Shown piece after piece: positions 36,251 to 44,947 of a stretch of 64,000 bases of DNA (positions are counted from its first letter, which is position 1; each line of letters begins with the position of its first letter). Made by a program: the position numbers and the translations under genes. The notes beneath the pieces are model-generated. The model was not told where the DNA came from, made no database searches, and worked only from the letters and a program-made list of their open reading frames with translations. This stretch comes from Christensenellaceae bacterium (GTDB lineage: Bacteria; Bacillota; Clostridia; Christensenellales; Borkfalkiaceae): the NCBI GenBank assembly GCA_948677005.1, contig CAPPAP010000003.1, positions 89,532 to 153,531 of the forward strand. Reading direction: 5' to 3'.

Positions 36251-37358
36251 TTTGCTCCTCCTCGATTTTTTCCGTAATTAACTCCGCCGCCCGCGGATTG
36301 ATAAAAATTCGCTGTAAATCAAGCATATTGCGGGTGCAATCGCCGTCCGCAAGCAGTTCTTGCGCCGCCCTTACGGCGCTCCTTACCGTCCTCGTCCTTA
36401 CCGCAAGCCCCCTCCTTGCAAAATATTTTGCGTTTGCGGTTTCGCAACCGGGAATGGCTTTAAGGTGAATAACAGGCACACACAAGACCGCCGCCTCCGT
36501 GCTCGAAAGCCCGCCGGGCTTGGTCATAACAACGTCCGCCGCCTTAAAATATAAATGAATAGCCTCGGTATATCCCACAATCAAAAACCTGTTGCCGCCG
36601 CCGAAGCGCTTTAAAAGCTTTGCTTCAAGCGCCTTGTTCCTTGCGGGGAAAACGGCGACAACGCAATCCCCGTCCAAGACCTTATCAAGCGCTTTGCATA
36701 AATTCAAAAGCCTTCCGCACCCCGCGCCGCCCGCCGCAACGGCTACGATTTTTTTGTCCTTCGGCAGTCCAAGCGCAGTCCGCGCCCCGTCATGCGTAAG
36801 CTCCGCGCAAAATTTTTCTCTCACGGGTATGCCCGTGCGGTAAATTATCCGCCGCGGTATCCCGCTTTTTTCAAGCTGACCCGCCGCCTCTCCGTCGGGC
36901 ACAAACCACCCGTCCAGCACGCAGTCCTTATAGAACGGAATAGCCGTATAATCGGTCAGAACGCCGTACACCCGCACCCCGCAGTCCCATTCTCTGCGCA
37001 CGGCAGTCATCGCCTCCATGGCAAATAGGTGCGTGCATATCACGCAGTCAAAGCCGTTTGACGCTATGTAGCGGTACAGCTTTTCCGCGTATTTCGCATT
37101 CGAGTAATATATCGGCGAAGGCAACCCCGCGCGGTCGTACAGCCCGCCCAAGGCATACGCCGCGCCAAACAGCAACGGCGCCCTCTTTATCACCGCGGAA
37201 TACACCTCCGCCGCCCGCCTTGCCGCCCTCTCGCTTTTAAAGCTCAAAACGTCCCTTATTTCGCATTCGGTATTTTTACCCTTCAAATTGTCATAAACGG
37301 CCTTTGCGGCGCTGTTGTGCCCCTCGCCCGTGCCGCAGCTTAAAATAAGAATTTTCAT
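36156..37358 (-). CDS. GT28-family diacylglycerol glycosyltransferase (MGDG synthase / UgtP-like)
   Basis: N-terminus MKILILSCGTGEGHNSAAKAV and the C-terminal GT-B region KPGGLSSTEA. The 3-prime 95 nt overlap plsY. Confidence 0.8.
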   Translation of the reverse strand: MKILILSCGTGEGHNSAAKAVYDNLKGKNTECEIRDVLSFKSERAARRAAEVYSAVIKRAPLLFGAAYALGGLYDRAGLPSPIYYSNAKYAEKLYRYIASNGFDCVICTHLFAMEAMTAVRREWDCGVRVYGVLTDYTAIPFYKDCVLDGWFVPDGEAAGQLEKSGIPRRIIYRTGIPVREKFCAELTHDGARTALGLPKDKKIVAVAAGGAGCGRLLNLCKALDKVLDGDCVVAVFPARNKALEAKLLKRFGGGNRFLIVGYTEAIHLYFKAADVVMTKPGGLSSTEAAVLCVPVIHLKAIPGCETANAKYFARRGLAVRTRTVRSAVRAAQELLADGDCTRNMLDLQRIFINPRAAELITEKIEEEQNGRVALDSAYCGGLACGRDNVLQLCPEADNG

Positions 37359-37553
37359 AATATAACACCCTCCGCAAGCACGGCGCCCTCCGTCCGCCCG
37401 CAGTCAAAATCATTAATTTTACCCTTATTTTACCAACCGTATGTAACTCAATCGTATCCGTTTTGTTAAACTTTTGTAAAACCCGCCCCCCTCAAACCAA
37501 TCCACGATACCGCCCCTAAACCCAAAAGCCTAACGCACCCTCCGAAAATCAGA

Positions 37554-37583
37554 CAAAAAAAAGGAAGGCGCTTTAAGCCTTCC
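37554..37583 (-). terminator. rho-independent terminator after the histidine kinase gene
   Basis: Minus strand reads GGAAGGC-ttaaagc-GCCTTCC followed by TTTTTTTT. Confidence 0.8.
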
Positions 37584-37599
37584 TTAAATATGTCCTTAA

Positions 37600-38667
37600 T
37601 CACCGCCGCTCGTTTTCGCACGGCTCCGCGTCCAGCGTTATACAAAACGCCGAGCCTTTTCCAACCTCGCTTTCAACCGAAATCTCACCGCCCGTAACGT
37701 CGATTATCTTTTTTACGAGCGCAAGCCCCAGTCCGTTGCCCTCCTGCGAGTGCGAGGTATCCCCCTGATAAAACTTTTCAAAAATATGCTCCTTGGTTTC
37801 GCGCGTCATGCCGCAGCCGGTGTCCGCCACCCTTACAACCACGCGCCCGCCTTCGCGCTTTAAAGCTACGCAAATTTTACCCCCCGCCGGCGTAAATTTA
37901 ACCGCGTTGGAAAGCAGATTATTCCACACCGTATCGAGGTGCGACGGCAACGACCGTATTCTCACGCCCTCCTCTATTTCGCAGTCCAAGGCAATGCCCT
38001 TGTCCTCAATCAAATCATCGAAGCCTATAACAGCCTGCGCCAGCGCTTCCGAAAGGTCAAACTCCTTGAATTCGGGCTCCAATTCGTTGTTTTCAAGCTT
38101 GTTCAACTGCAAAACGTTGCCTATCAATGCAGAAATTCTCTTCGTCGCGGCAGAAAGCGTCTGCGCATACCTCACGCGCGCCGCCTCGTCCAAATCCGAT
38201 TGCTGTAAATAGCTTGCGCAGTTCTGAATAACCAAAAGCGGGGATTTAATCTCGTGCGAAACGTTGGAAATAAAATCCGTATGCAACACCTCGGTTTTAG
38301 AAAGCTGCGCCGCCATCTTATTCAGATTTTCCATTATATAATCGTATTCGTTATAGCTTTTAAAGGAATGTTCTATATCGAACCTCACGGAAAAATCGCC
38401 CTTTGCAACCTTATCGGTGGCGTCGAGTATGCGGTTAACGGGCTTCTCAACCATAAACTTTCTGTGCACCCAGTTTGCCACGGTGGTTATTACCGAAAGC
38501 AGACAAATAGTACCGAACATCGACCAGAAAACCACGTCCCCGTTCTCTCCGTATCCATCCTCCACCGCGCGGTAAATCATCACCGCAGCCATAACCGCAA
38601 CCGCGTTAATTACAAAAAACAGAATTATGCTTACTACCGAGTTTTTGTAAAGCTTTTTCTTTTTCAT
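37600..38667 (-). CDS. sensor histidine kinase
   Basis: Two N-terminal TM segments, H-box SNVSHEIKSPL, N-box NLLSNAVKF and G-boxes DTGCGM and GNGLGLALVK. Confidence 0.9.
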   Translation of the reverse strand: MKKKKLYKNSVVSIILFFVINAVAVMAAVMIYRAVEDGYGENGDVVFWSMFGTICLLSVITTVANWVHRKFMVEKPVNRILDATDKVAKGDFSVRFDIEHSFKSYNEYDYIMENLNKMAAQLSKTEVLHTDFISNVSHEIKSPLLVIQNCASYLQQSDLDEAARVRYAQTLSAATKRISALIGNVLQLNKLENNELEPEFKEFDLSEALAQAVIGFDDLIEDKGIALDCEIEEGVRIRSLPSHLDTVWNNLLSNAVKFTPAGGKICVALKREGGRVVVRVADTGCGMTRETKEHIFEKFYQGDTSHSQEGNGLGLALVKKIIDVTGGEISVESEVGKGSAFCITLDAEPCENERR

Positions 38668-39335
38668 TTTATAACCGCCTTATACCCCAGCCCGTGCACG
38701 GTAACAATCTCGAAGCCGTCGCACGCCGCCGTCTTTTCGCGCAGTCTTACGATATACACGTCCACCGTGCGGCTCGTTGCCGAGCTGTCGTAATCCCAGA
38801 ACTCTTCCATCAGCTGCGACCGCGTAAAAATACGCTTGGGAAAGGAAAGCAATTTAAAAAGAATATCGAATTCGCGTACGGTAAGCGCAATTTCTTCGCC
38901 GTTGCATACCGCCGTATGCTCGTCCTTGTTCATACGCAGATTTCCCGCCACAAGCTCGCGGCTGCGCTCGATATTCGCCCTGCGCAGAAGCGCGCCCACC
39001 CGCAAAAGCAGTAAATCGCAGTCGAACGGCTTCACAACGTAATCGTCTATGCCAAGCCTGTACCCAAGCTGCTTGCTGGGCTTGTCGTCCAGCGCCGTCA
39101 TAAACAGTATGGGTATCTGCTTGTCATAATTCCTCACCCGCCGCGCCAGCTCGAAGCCGTCCATTTCGGGCATCATTACGTCCGTGATAATCATATCGAA
39201 CGTCCCGCTCTCCACAGCCTCCAACGCCTGCACGCCGTTGAATTTACCGCACGCCTCGTACCCGCCCAAAGACAGCGCGTTGCATACAATCGAATTTATC
39301 GCCTTATCGTCGTCCACAACAAGAATTTTAACCAT
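38664..39335 (-). CDS. OmpR-family response regulator
   Basis: Start chosen at MVKILVVDDD with GAGGG upstream. Receiver residues DMIITDVMMPEMDG are present. The winged-helix C-terminus is LTVREFDILFKL...VDVYIVRLREK. Confidence 0.9.
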   Translation of the reverse strand: MVKILVVDDDKAINSIVCNALSLGGYEACGKFNGVQALEAVESGTFDMIITDVMMPEMDGFELARRVRNYDKQIPILFMTALDDKPSKQLGYRLGIDDYVVKPFDCDLLLLRVGALLRRANIERSRELVAGNLRMNKDEHTAVCNGEEIALTVREFDILFKLLSFPKRIFTRSQLMEEFWDYDSSATSRTVDVYIVRLREKTAACDGFEIVTVHGLGYKAVIK

Positions 39336-39423
39336 AGCACCGCCCTCAACAGCCCAAAATAATATATTTCGGCACAATATTATCATACAATTGTTAAAAT
39401 TTTGTTACAAAACGGTAAAATCT

Positions 39424-39465
39424 CCCCGCATATACTCACGCATCTACCCCGCATATGCTCACGCA
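39424..39465. repeat. 19-bp direct repeat CCCCGCATAT(A/G)CTCACGCA x2, with 23-bp spacing, upstream of the response-regulator promoter
   Basis: The copies at 39424-39442 and 39447-39465 differ at one base. Confidence 0.7.
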
Positions 39466-39499
39466 CCCCCACAAAAAAACACCCCCTCACGCTCGCCGT

Positions 39500-39523
39500 A
39501 AAAAAAAGGGGGGCACCCCCCCT
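39500..39523 (-). terminator. rho-independent terminator after degV
   Basis: Minus strand reads GGGGGGG-tg-CCCCCC followed by TTTTTTTT. Confidence 0.75.
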
Positions 39524-39542
39524 TATAACTGTTCCGCAATAC

Positions 39543-40397
39543 TCACTCCGCAAAAAACGCAACTGCAATTCCCCCCGGCCCTATATGCGTGCCGATTGTG
39601 CTTCCTATCATATGCACGGGTATACAGTCGGTCTTGCCCTTCCACAGCCTTTCGCTGTCGGCAATATATTTTTCCAAAAACGCCTCCGACAGTCCGGAAT
39701 ACGCCAGCGAATACGGCATGGAAAAATCTATTCCCCCGCAGCTCTGCACAAGCTGATTCAACAGGTTGTTGCCCTTTTTCGAGCCCATGGCCTTCCCCAC
39801 AAGCTTAACCTCTCCCTTCACAACCGAAACAACGGGCTTAATGGACAAAACCTCGCCCGCAATCGCCGTCACAGACGAAATTCTCCCGCCCTTTCTAAGG
39901 TATTTAAGGGTATCCAAAACAGCCAAAAGCTGAATTTTCTTTTTCTTTTCGTCAAGCATACCCGCAATTTCGCACGCGGTCAACCTATTCTCCTTCACAA
40001 GCCTCAGCGCGTATTCGAACAGTATCCTCTCACCAATGCACGCGTTAAGGCTGTCAACAACAAACACCCTTCCCGCAAATTTTTTCGCCGCCTTCTGCGC
40101 GCAGCCGAACGTTCCCGACAGTTTTGAAGAAATAGTAACCGCCACCACCTCGCTCCCGTCCGCCGTCAGCTTTTTAAACGCCTCCTCGAAGCGGAATTCG
40201 TTTATCTGGCTTGTCTGCGGCAGCTCGCTGCTTTCAATCAGCTTTTCGAAGAATTTCCCGTGCGATAGATTAACCCCGTCCAAAAATTCCTCTTTACCGA
40301 AGCGTATCTGCATAGGCACAAGCTCCACGCCCAGCTCGTCCGCCTCCGTCTGCTCTATATCCGATGCCGAATCAATAAGTAATTTAATCATTTTCAA
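39543..40397 (-). CDS. DegV-family fatty-acid-binding protein
   Basis: MKMIKLLIDSASDI... with a TSQ motif and the typical ~280-aa length. Confidence 0.85.
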   Translation of the reverse strand: MKMIKLLIDSASDIEQTEADELGVELVPMQIRFGKEEFLDGVNLSHGKFFEKLIESSELPQTSQINEFRFEEAFKKLTADGSEVVAVTISSKLSGTFGCAQKAAKKFAGRVFVVDSLNACIGERILFEYALRLVKENRLTACEIAGMLDEKKKKIQLLAVLDTLKYLRKGGRISSVTAIAGEVLSIKPVVSVVKGEVKLVGKAMGSKKGNNLLNQLVQSCGGIDFSMPYSLAYSGLSEAFLEKYIADSERLWKGKTDCIPVHMIGSTIGTHIGPGGIAVAFFAE

Positions 40398-40842
40398 TAT
40401 CCTTTTTCAATAATTTTTCATAATAGTTCCGCATGTTGTCTGCAATTTTATTAAGCGAAATATAAAAAGCCGCCCTTTCCTCCTCCGTAAAATCCAAACA
40501 ACACTCCGCCTCGGCAGCGGCAGTCTCTCTGTCGATAAATTCGGCAAGCCTTCTGCCCTCCGCCGTCAGCCTCACAACCGAATTTCTCACGTTTGCGCCG
40601 TACTCCGCAAACCCCTTTTCCTTCAACAGTCCCAACGCGCGCGAAATTGCCGCCTTGTCCTCCAAGGTATGCCTTACAAGCTCGCTCGCAGTCAGTCCGT
40701 CACTGCTGCAATTCAAAAAATAAACGCACAGAACATGCACGGCCTTCAAGCCGTATTCCCGTATCTCGAACGCCTTTATTTTTTGTATCAGCTTGTTTAT
40801 TTTCAGTACAGAAACGGTAAACCTCTCAAAAACTCTCTCCAA
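40384..40842 (-). CDS. MarR-family transcriptional regulator (start uncertain)
   Basis: Winged-helix region LTASELVRHTLEDKAAISRALGLLKEKGFA. The frame has no internal ATG. The TTG at 40842, preceded by GGGAGG, is preferred over the TTG at 40878, which lies inside an operator palindrome. Confidence 0.75.
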   Translation of the reverse strand: MERVFERFTVSVLKINKLIQKIKAFEIREYGLKAVHVLCVYFLNCSSDGLTASELVRHTLEDKAAISRALGLLKEKGFAEYGANVRNSVVRLTAEGRRLAEFIDRETAAAEAECCLDFTEEERAAFYISLNKIADNMRNYYEKLLKKDIEND

Positions 40843-40865
40843 AGCTCCCCTCCCGCATACATTTA

Positions 40866-40879
40866 GTTGATTAATCAAC
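40866..40879. promoter_or_regulatory. MarR-type operator, perfect palindrome GTTGATTAATCAAC (box 1)
   Basis: Lies just downstream of the -10 of the predicted marR promoter. Confidence 0.6.
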
Positions 40880-40888
40880 CAATTACAT

Positions 40889-40916
40889 AATATACCCTCT
40901 CCGCCCCGCTTGTCAA
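40889..40916 (-). promoter_or_regulatory. promoter TTGACA-16-TATATT for marR-degV
   Basis: Read on the minus strand, bracketed by the two palindromic boxes. Confidence 0.5.
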
Positions 40917-40918
40917 CC

Positions 40919-40944
40919 GTTTTAGTTGATTAATCAACTAAAAC
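40919..40944. promoter_or_regulatory. MarR-type operator, perfect 26-bp palindrome GTTTTAGTTGATTAATCAACTAAAAC (box 2)
   Basis: Contains the same 18-bp core TTTAGTTGATTAATCAAC as box 1. It abuts the -35 hexamer. Confidence 0.6.
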
Positions 40945-41025
40945 TCGGATTTTTTTCGCCCCCCCCTTAGCAAAACTGAAAACAGCTTACAAATAATGAT
41001 ATTTACTGTCATTTTATCCCTTTCA

Positions 41026-41054
41026 TTGACTATTATATAATAAGGTGATATAAT
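41026..41054 (+). promoter_or_regulatory. consensus sigma-A promoter TTGACT-17-TATAAT for the pectate-lyase lipoprotein gene
   Basis: Both hexamers and the 17-nt spacing were read directly from the sequence. Confidence 0.65.
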
Positions 41055-41079
41055 TAAGATAATTTCGGTTAAAGCATTT

Positions 41080-41170
41080 TTACGGCGGACGTCCGCCGTA
41101 AGCGTTACACGGGGTAACGCTTATCGTTTTTTTATTTTTGATATGATTTGTCGGGCTTTTGCCCGATTTT
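41080..41170 (+). promoter_or_regulatory. structured leader with three hairpins, two followed by U-tracts (candidate attenuator)
   Basis: 41080-41101 is the perfect palindrome TTACGGCGGACGTCCGCCGTAA. 41102-41120 is GCGTTAC-acggg-GTAACGC, followed by a T-rich tract. 41151-41166 is TCGGGC-tttt-GCCCGA, followed by TTTT and then AAGGAGG. Confidence 0.5.
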
Positions 41171-41181
41171 AAGGAGGAAAA

Positions 41182-44100
41182 ATGACAAAATCAGCAAAAA
41201 TCAAAAGGCTTTCTGCGGCAGTCGCCGCTATGGCCTTGGGCGCGGTATTCGCCGTATCCGCAGGCGGGTGCGCACATACGCACACGTTCTCAAACGAATG
41301 GCAAACCGACCAAACCCATCACTGGCACGCGGCAACCTGCACGCACAGCGGCGAGGTTTCCGGCAAGGCTGTCCACGACTTCGGCAATACGGACGTCTGC
41401 GGCGTATGCCGTTACGACAGAAGCACGGGCACAACCCCGCCAAACCCCACCGACCCCACGCCCCCGCCCGATACAACCGACCCCACCGACCCGTCCGACC
41501 CCGCAGCCAAAAAATACACGGTCGCATTCGATTCCAACGGCGGCACGGCAATCGACGCACAGTCTGTCGAGGACGGCAAAACGGCGTTCGCCCCCGTCGC
41601 CCCCAAACGGGCGGGCTATCAGTTTGCGGGCTGGTACCTCAACAATGCCGTTTTCAGCTTCGATACCCCCGTCACCAAAAATATAACGCTTGTCGCCAAA
41701 TGGGAAAAGCTGGACGCAAAAATCAAGGACTACGGCGGCTATGACGAAAGCCTTTACATAGAATGGTCCGACGGCGACCCCTCGCAGTCGCAGGTTCAGT
41801 ACAAGCCGCACGGCGCAAGCGCATGGACCTCGGCAGACGCCGAGCTTATCCGTCCCAAATCGGGTGAAAGCAACGTCGCCCGCGCAGACGTTCTCGGACT
41901 TACCCAAGGCAATTACGATATCAAAGTCACCGCCTCTGACAAAAGCGAGCTTTCAATCGAAAATATCGCCGTCACCGCCTACGACCGTTCGGGCTATGCG
42001 CACTTCAACCATACCGAGGGCGTCGGCGCGTACTACGATGACGGTACCGTAAAGGACAACACTCTCGTTATCTACGTCACGGACGAGAATAAAAACACCG
42101 TCGACTACGGCTATGTAAACGGTCAAAGGGTAGATTTAACCCCCTACCTCTATCAGGGCAACACGGGCATCGGCTGGATACTCAACAACCGCGCATACAG
42201 CGCCCAGATAAACAACTTCGGCATAACCAAGCTTTGCAACACCTACGGCGCTGTCGCCGTACGCTTTATCGGCACGGTCAACGCCGAAAAGGGCGCCTCC
42301 AAGGAAGACGCCAAATACAGCTTAATCGACGGACTTACCGCCCACAACTCGACTGAAAACGGCGGTACCGTAGGCGACAACGGCAGAATGGCGCGCATAA
42401 TAAGCGCCAAAAACCTCACGTTAGAGGGCGTCGGCGAGGACGCAACCGTCTACGGCTGGGGCTTCCACCTCGTCAACAACGATATAAATTACAAAACCAC
42501 GGGCGCGGGCTCCAATTTCGAGGTAAGAAATCTCACCTTCGAACACTATCCCGAGGACGCAATCGGTATGGAGGGCAACGTGCAGGAGCCGTTAAGCCAA
42601 TACACCAAAGCCCCCGTACAGCGCTGTTGGGTTCACAATAACACCTTCCTCCCCGGCTATTGCGGCGACCCCGCCGAAAGCGACAAGGCGGAAGGCGACG
42701 GCAGCTGCGACTTCAAGCGCGGCGAGTATTTCACCCTCTCCTACAACTATTTTACAGACTGCCACAAAACCAACCTCATAGGCGCGTCCACAAGCAACCT
42801 GCAATACAACGTCACAATGCACCACAATTGGTGGAACAACTGCGGCTCGCGCGTGCCCTATGTCCGCAACTCCAACGTCCATTTTTACAATAATTACGTC
42901 ACCACCGCGGACGACGGCTCCAACGACTACGTACACGACGCAGACGGCACCTCGTTCATCTTCAGCGAAAGCAATTATTACTTCAACTGCAAGCAGATTA
43001 CAAGGGGCGGAATTGTCAAATCGTGGGCAAACACCCTCTACGGCTGTTGGGGCAACAGCGGCACCTTCAAGGCAACCGAAACCCGCAACGAAGCGGTTTC
43101 CAACAGCTGCAAATACCGCGACGGCAAGGATTTATCGCACTTCGAATGCGACCCGACAATGTTCTACTACAACACGCAAACGGGCGAAAGCGACTGCCTG
43201 CTTGACGATTCGATAACCGCAAGGCTAAGGGTCATGCAATTTGCGGGCGTTGCGGGCTGGTACGAAAACAACCCCAAAAAGCAATCCTCCATGCCCTTCA
43301 AGGCAAACCCGATACGGAATATCCCGACCACGGCCGTACCCGTACCCGACAGCGGCGAGCTGGCAATAAAAATGCCGGAGGACAAAAACGGCGCAACGGT
43401 CAGCGGAGTACTCTTCGCCAACCTCACGGGCATACCCGTCAAGGGCGTTTCGGTCAAGGGCAAGGGCCAGATAATCTCCTTCACGCTGGCAGCCGAGGCA
43501 GAGGTATCCTTCAAGGCGGAAGCGGCAAGCCCCGACTACCTTGCAGAGATAATCGACGCAAACGGAGCAGTCCACGCAAGCAAGGTCGGCGCCGCCTCCG
43601 TAGTACTCCCCGCGGGCACGTACAGCATATCCTCGGGCACGGGCACCCGCACGGGCTCCAACGCCAAGGAGGTAACAGTTTCCTCCCTCACGTTCAGGTC
43701 AACGTCCGCGTCCGCGCAAGCCAAGATAGATAATCTTAACGCGGCGATAGACGCCCTTCCCTCAACAATAACGGCGGAAAGCGGCGCGCTTATAAACGCG
43801 GCAAAAACGGCCCTGTCCGCGCTTAACGCAACCGAGCTTGAAAATTACAAAACGCAGTACGCCGACCGCTGGACAAAATACCAAAACGCGCTTACAGCCT
43901 ACTCTCTTGCGCAGATTGCCGACGTCGAGGCAAAAATAGACGCAATAGGCGCCGTCGGCGAAAATTCCTACCCCGCAATTACCGCGGCACGCGCCGCCTA
44001 CGACGCACTCACGCCCGAGCAAAAGCAAAGCGTGCAGAATTATACCAAGCTTACCGCGGCGGAAGCGGCATGGGCGAATATCGCAGTCACCTCTGTAACA

Positions 44101-44856
44101 AACGCAATCTCCGCGCTTACCGACGTTTCAGGCTGGACTGCGGAAAACGGCAAGCAAGCCGTAACCGCACAAATCTCGGCATATCAGTCCGTCAAAAACG
44201 CATACGATGCCTTAACCTCCGCACAGCAAAGCGAGGTTACCAACCGCGACAAGCTTGCAAACGGACTTGAAAAGCTCGCCGCAATTCTTGCAGAAATAGA
44301 AACCGCCGAAAAGGAAGCCGCCGCCCTTGCGGAGTTCGAGGCAACCCTAAACAACGTAACCGACGCAACCGCCTTATCCAAGGCAGAATGCAAGGCAATT
44401 ATCGATTTGTATGCAAAGCTCTCCCCCGCAAAGCAGGCGGAATATGCGGAAAACGCAACCTATAAGGCTGTGCTTGAAAAGTATACCGAATACGCAAGCC
44501 TGTCGGTAGTCGCAATATTCACAAGCGACAACCCCGCCCTTGCAACAGACGCAGGCTTTACGGTCAGCGGCAAATACAACAGCAAGGCAAGCTTTGAATA
44601 CAACGGCACAACCTATAAAGGCCCGTTAAAGCTCGAATCCGCCACAACCGTCAGCTTCACAAACGCAATAGCCAATAAAATAACAATCAAAATCGGCACT
44701 GCGGGCGGACAAATCAAGCTTGACGGAACAGCCTACAAGGACGAAGATAACGATGGACTTATCGTAATCGACAGCCTTGCCGCGGGCGACCATCAAATAA
44801 CCAAGGCCAGCGGCGACCCCAACCTATGCTATATAGAGTTAGAACCCGCCGTCTGA
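41182..44856 (+). CDS. surface lipoprotein: His/Cys-rich N-terminal module, Flg_new repeat, PL1 pectate lyase catalytic domain, beta-sandwich modules and helical repeats
   Basis: Lipobox AGGC, then AHTHTFSNEWQTDQTHHWHAATC...CGVC. Flg_new is YTVAFDSNGG...GWYLNN...LVAKWE. PL1 motifs are DGSCDFKRG..FTLSYNYF.DCHKTNLIG....NVTMHHNWW..C.SRVPYVRNSNVHFYNNY. Four helical repeats have the form A..AY.ALT..Q...V.N...L. Confidence 0.85.
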   Translation: MTKSAKIKRLSAAVAAMALGAVFAVSAGGCAHTHTFSNEWQTDQTHHWHAATCTHSGEVSGKAVHDFGNTDVCGVCRYDRSTGTTPPNPTDPTPPPDTTDPTDPSDPAAKKYTVAFDSNGGTAIDAQSVEDGKTAFAPVAPKRAGYQFAGWYLNNAVFSFDTPVTKNITLVAKWEKLDAKIKDYGGYDESLYIEWSDGDPSQSQVQYKPHGASAWTSADAELIRPKSGESNVARADVLGLTQGNYDIKVTASDKSELSIENIAVTAYDRSGYAHFNHTEGVGAYYDDGTVKDNTLVIYVTDENKNTVDYGYVNGQRVDLTPYLYQGNTGIGWILNNRAYSAQINNFGITKLCNTYGAVAVRFIGTVNAEKGASKEDAKYSLIDGLTAHNSTENGGTVGDNGRMARIISAKNLTLEGVGEDATVYGWGFHLVNNDINYKTTGAGSNFEVRNLTFEHYPEDAIGMEGNVQEPLSQYTKAPVQRCWVHNNTFLPGYCGDPAESDKAEGDGSCDFKRGEYFTLSYNYFTDCHKTNLIGASTSNLQYNVTMHHNWWNNCGSRVPYVRNSNVHFYNNYVTTADDGSNDYVHDADGTSFIFSESNYYFNCKQITRGGIVKSWANTLYGCWGNSGTFKATETRNEAVSNSCKYRDGKDLSHFECDPTMFYYNTQTGESDCLLDDSITARLRVMQFAGVAGWYENNPKKQSSMPFKANPIRNIPTTAVPVPDSGELAIKMPEDKNGATVSGVLFANLTGIPVKGVSVKGKGQIISFTLAAEAEVSFKAEAASPDYLAEIIDANGAVHASKVGAASVVLPAGTYSISSGTGTRTGSNAKEVTVSSLTFRSTSASAQAKIDNLNAAIDALPSTITAESGALINAAKTALSALNATELENYKTQYADRWTKYQNALTAYSLAQIADVEAKIDAIGAVGENSYPAITAARAAYDALTPEQKQSVQNYTKLTAAEAAWANIAVTSVTNAISALTDVSGWTAENGKQAVTAQISAYQSVKNAYDALTSAQQSEVTNRDKLANGLEKLAAILAEIETAEKEAAALAEFEATLNNVTDATALSKAECKAIIDLYAKLSPAKQAEYAENATYKAVLEKYTEYASLSVVAIFTSDNPALATDAGFTVSGKYNSKASFEYNGTTYKGPLKLESATTVSFTNAIANKITIKIGTAGGQIKLDGTAYKDEDNDGLIVIDSLAAGDHQITKASGDPNLCYIELEPAV

Positions 44857-44884
44857 CACCTCTTACCACAGCAACATAGCAAAA

Positions 44885-44914
44885 CCCCGCCGTGCGCTTA
44901 TGCGCACGGCGGGG
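44885..44914. terminator. bidirectional terminator between convergent lipoprotein genes
   Basis: CCCCGCCGTGCGC-ttat-GCGCACGGCGGGG, flanked by AAAA and TTAGTTTTTT. Confidence 0.85.
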
Positions 44915-44947
44915 TTAGTTTTTTACTTCACACCGATTTAAATTATA

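Noticed and set aside
41148-41744. 198-aa plus-strand ORF overlapping the start of the pectate-lyase gene in another frame
   Set aside because: It is Arg/Pro-rich nonsense. The frame starting at 41182 has an AAGGAGG RBS, a signal peptide and a lipobox.
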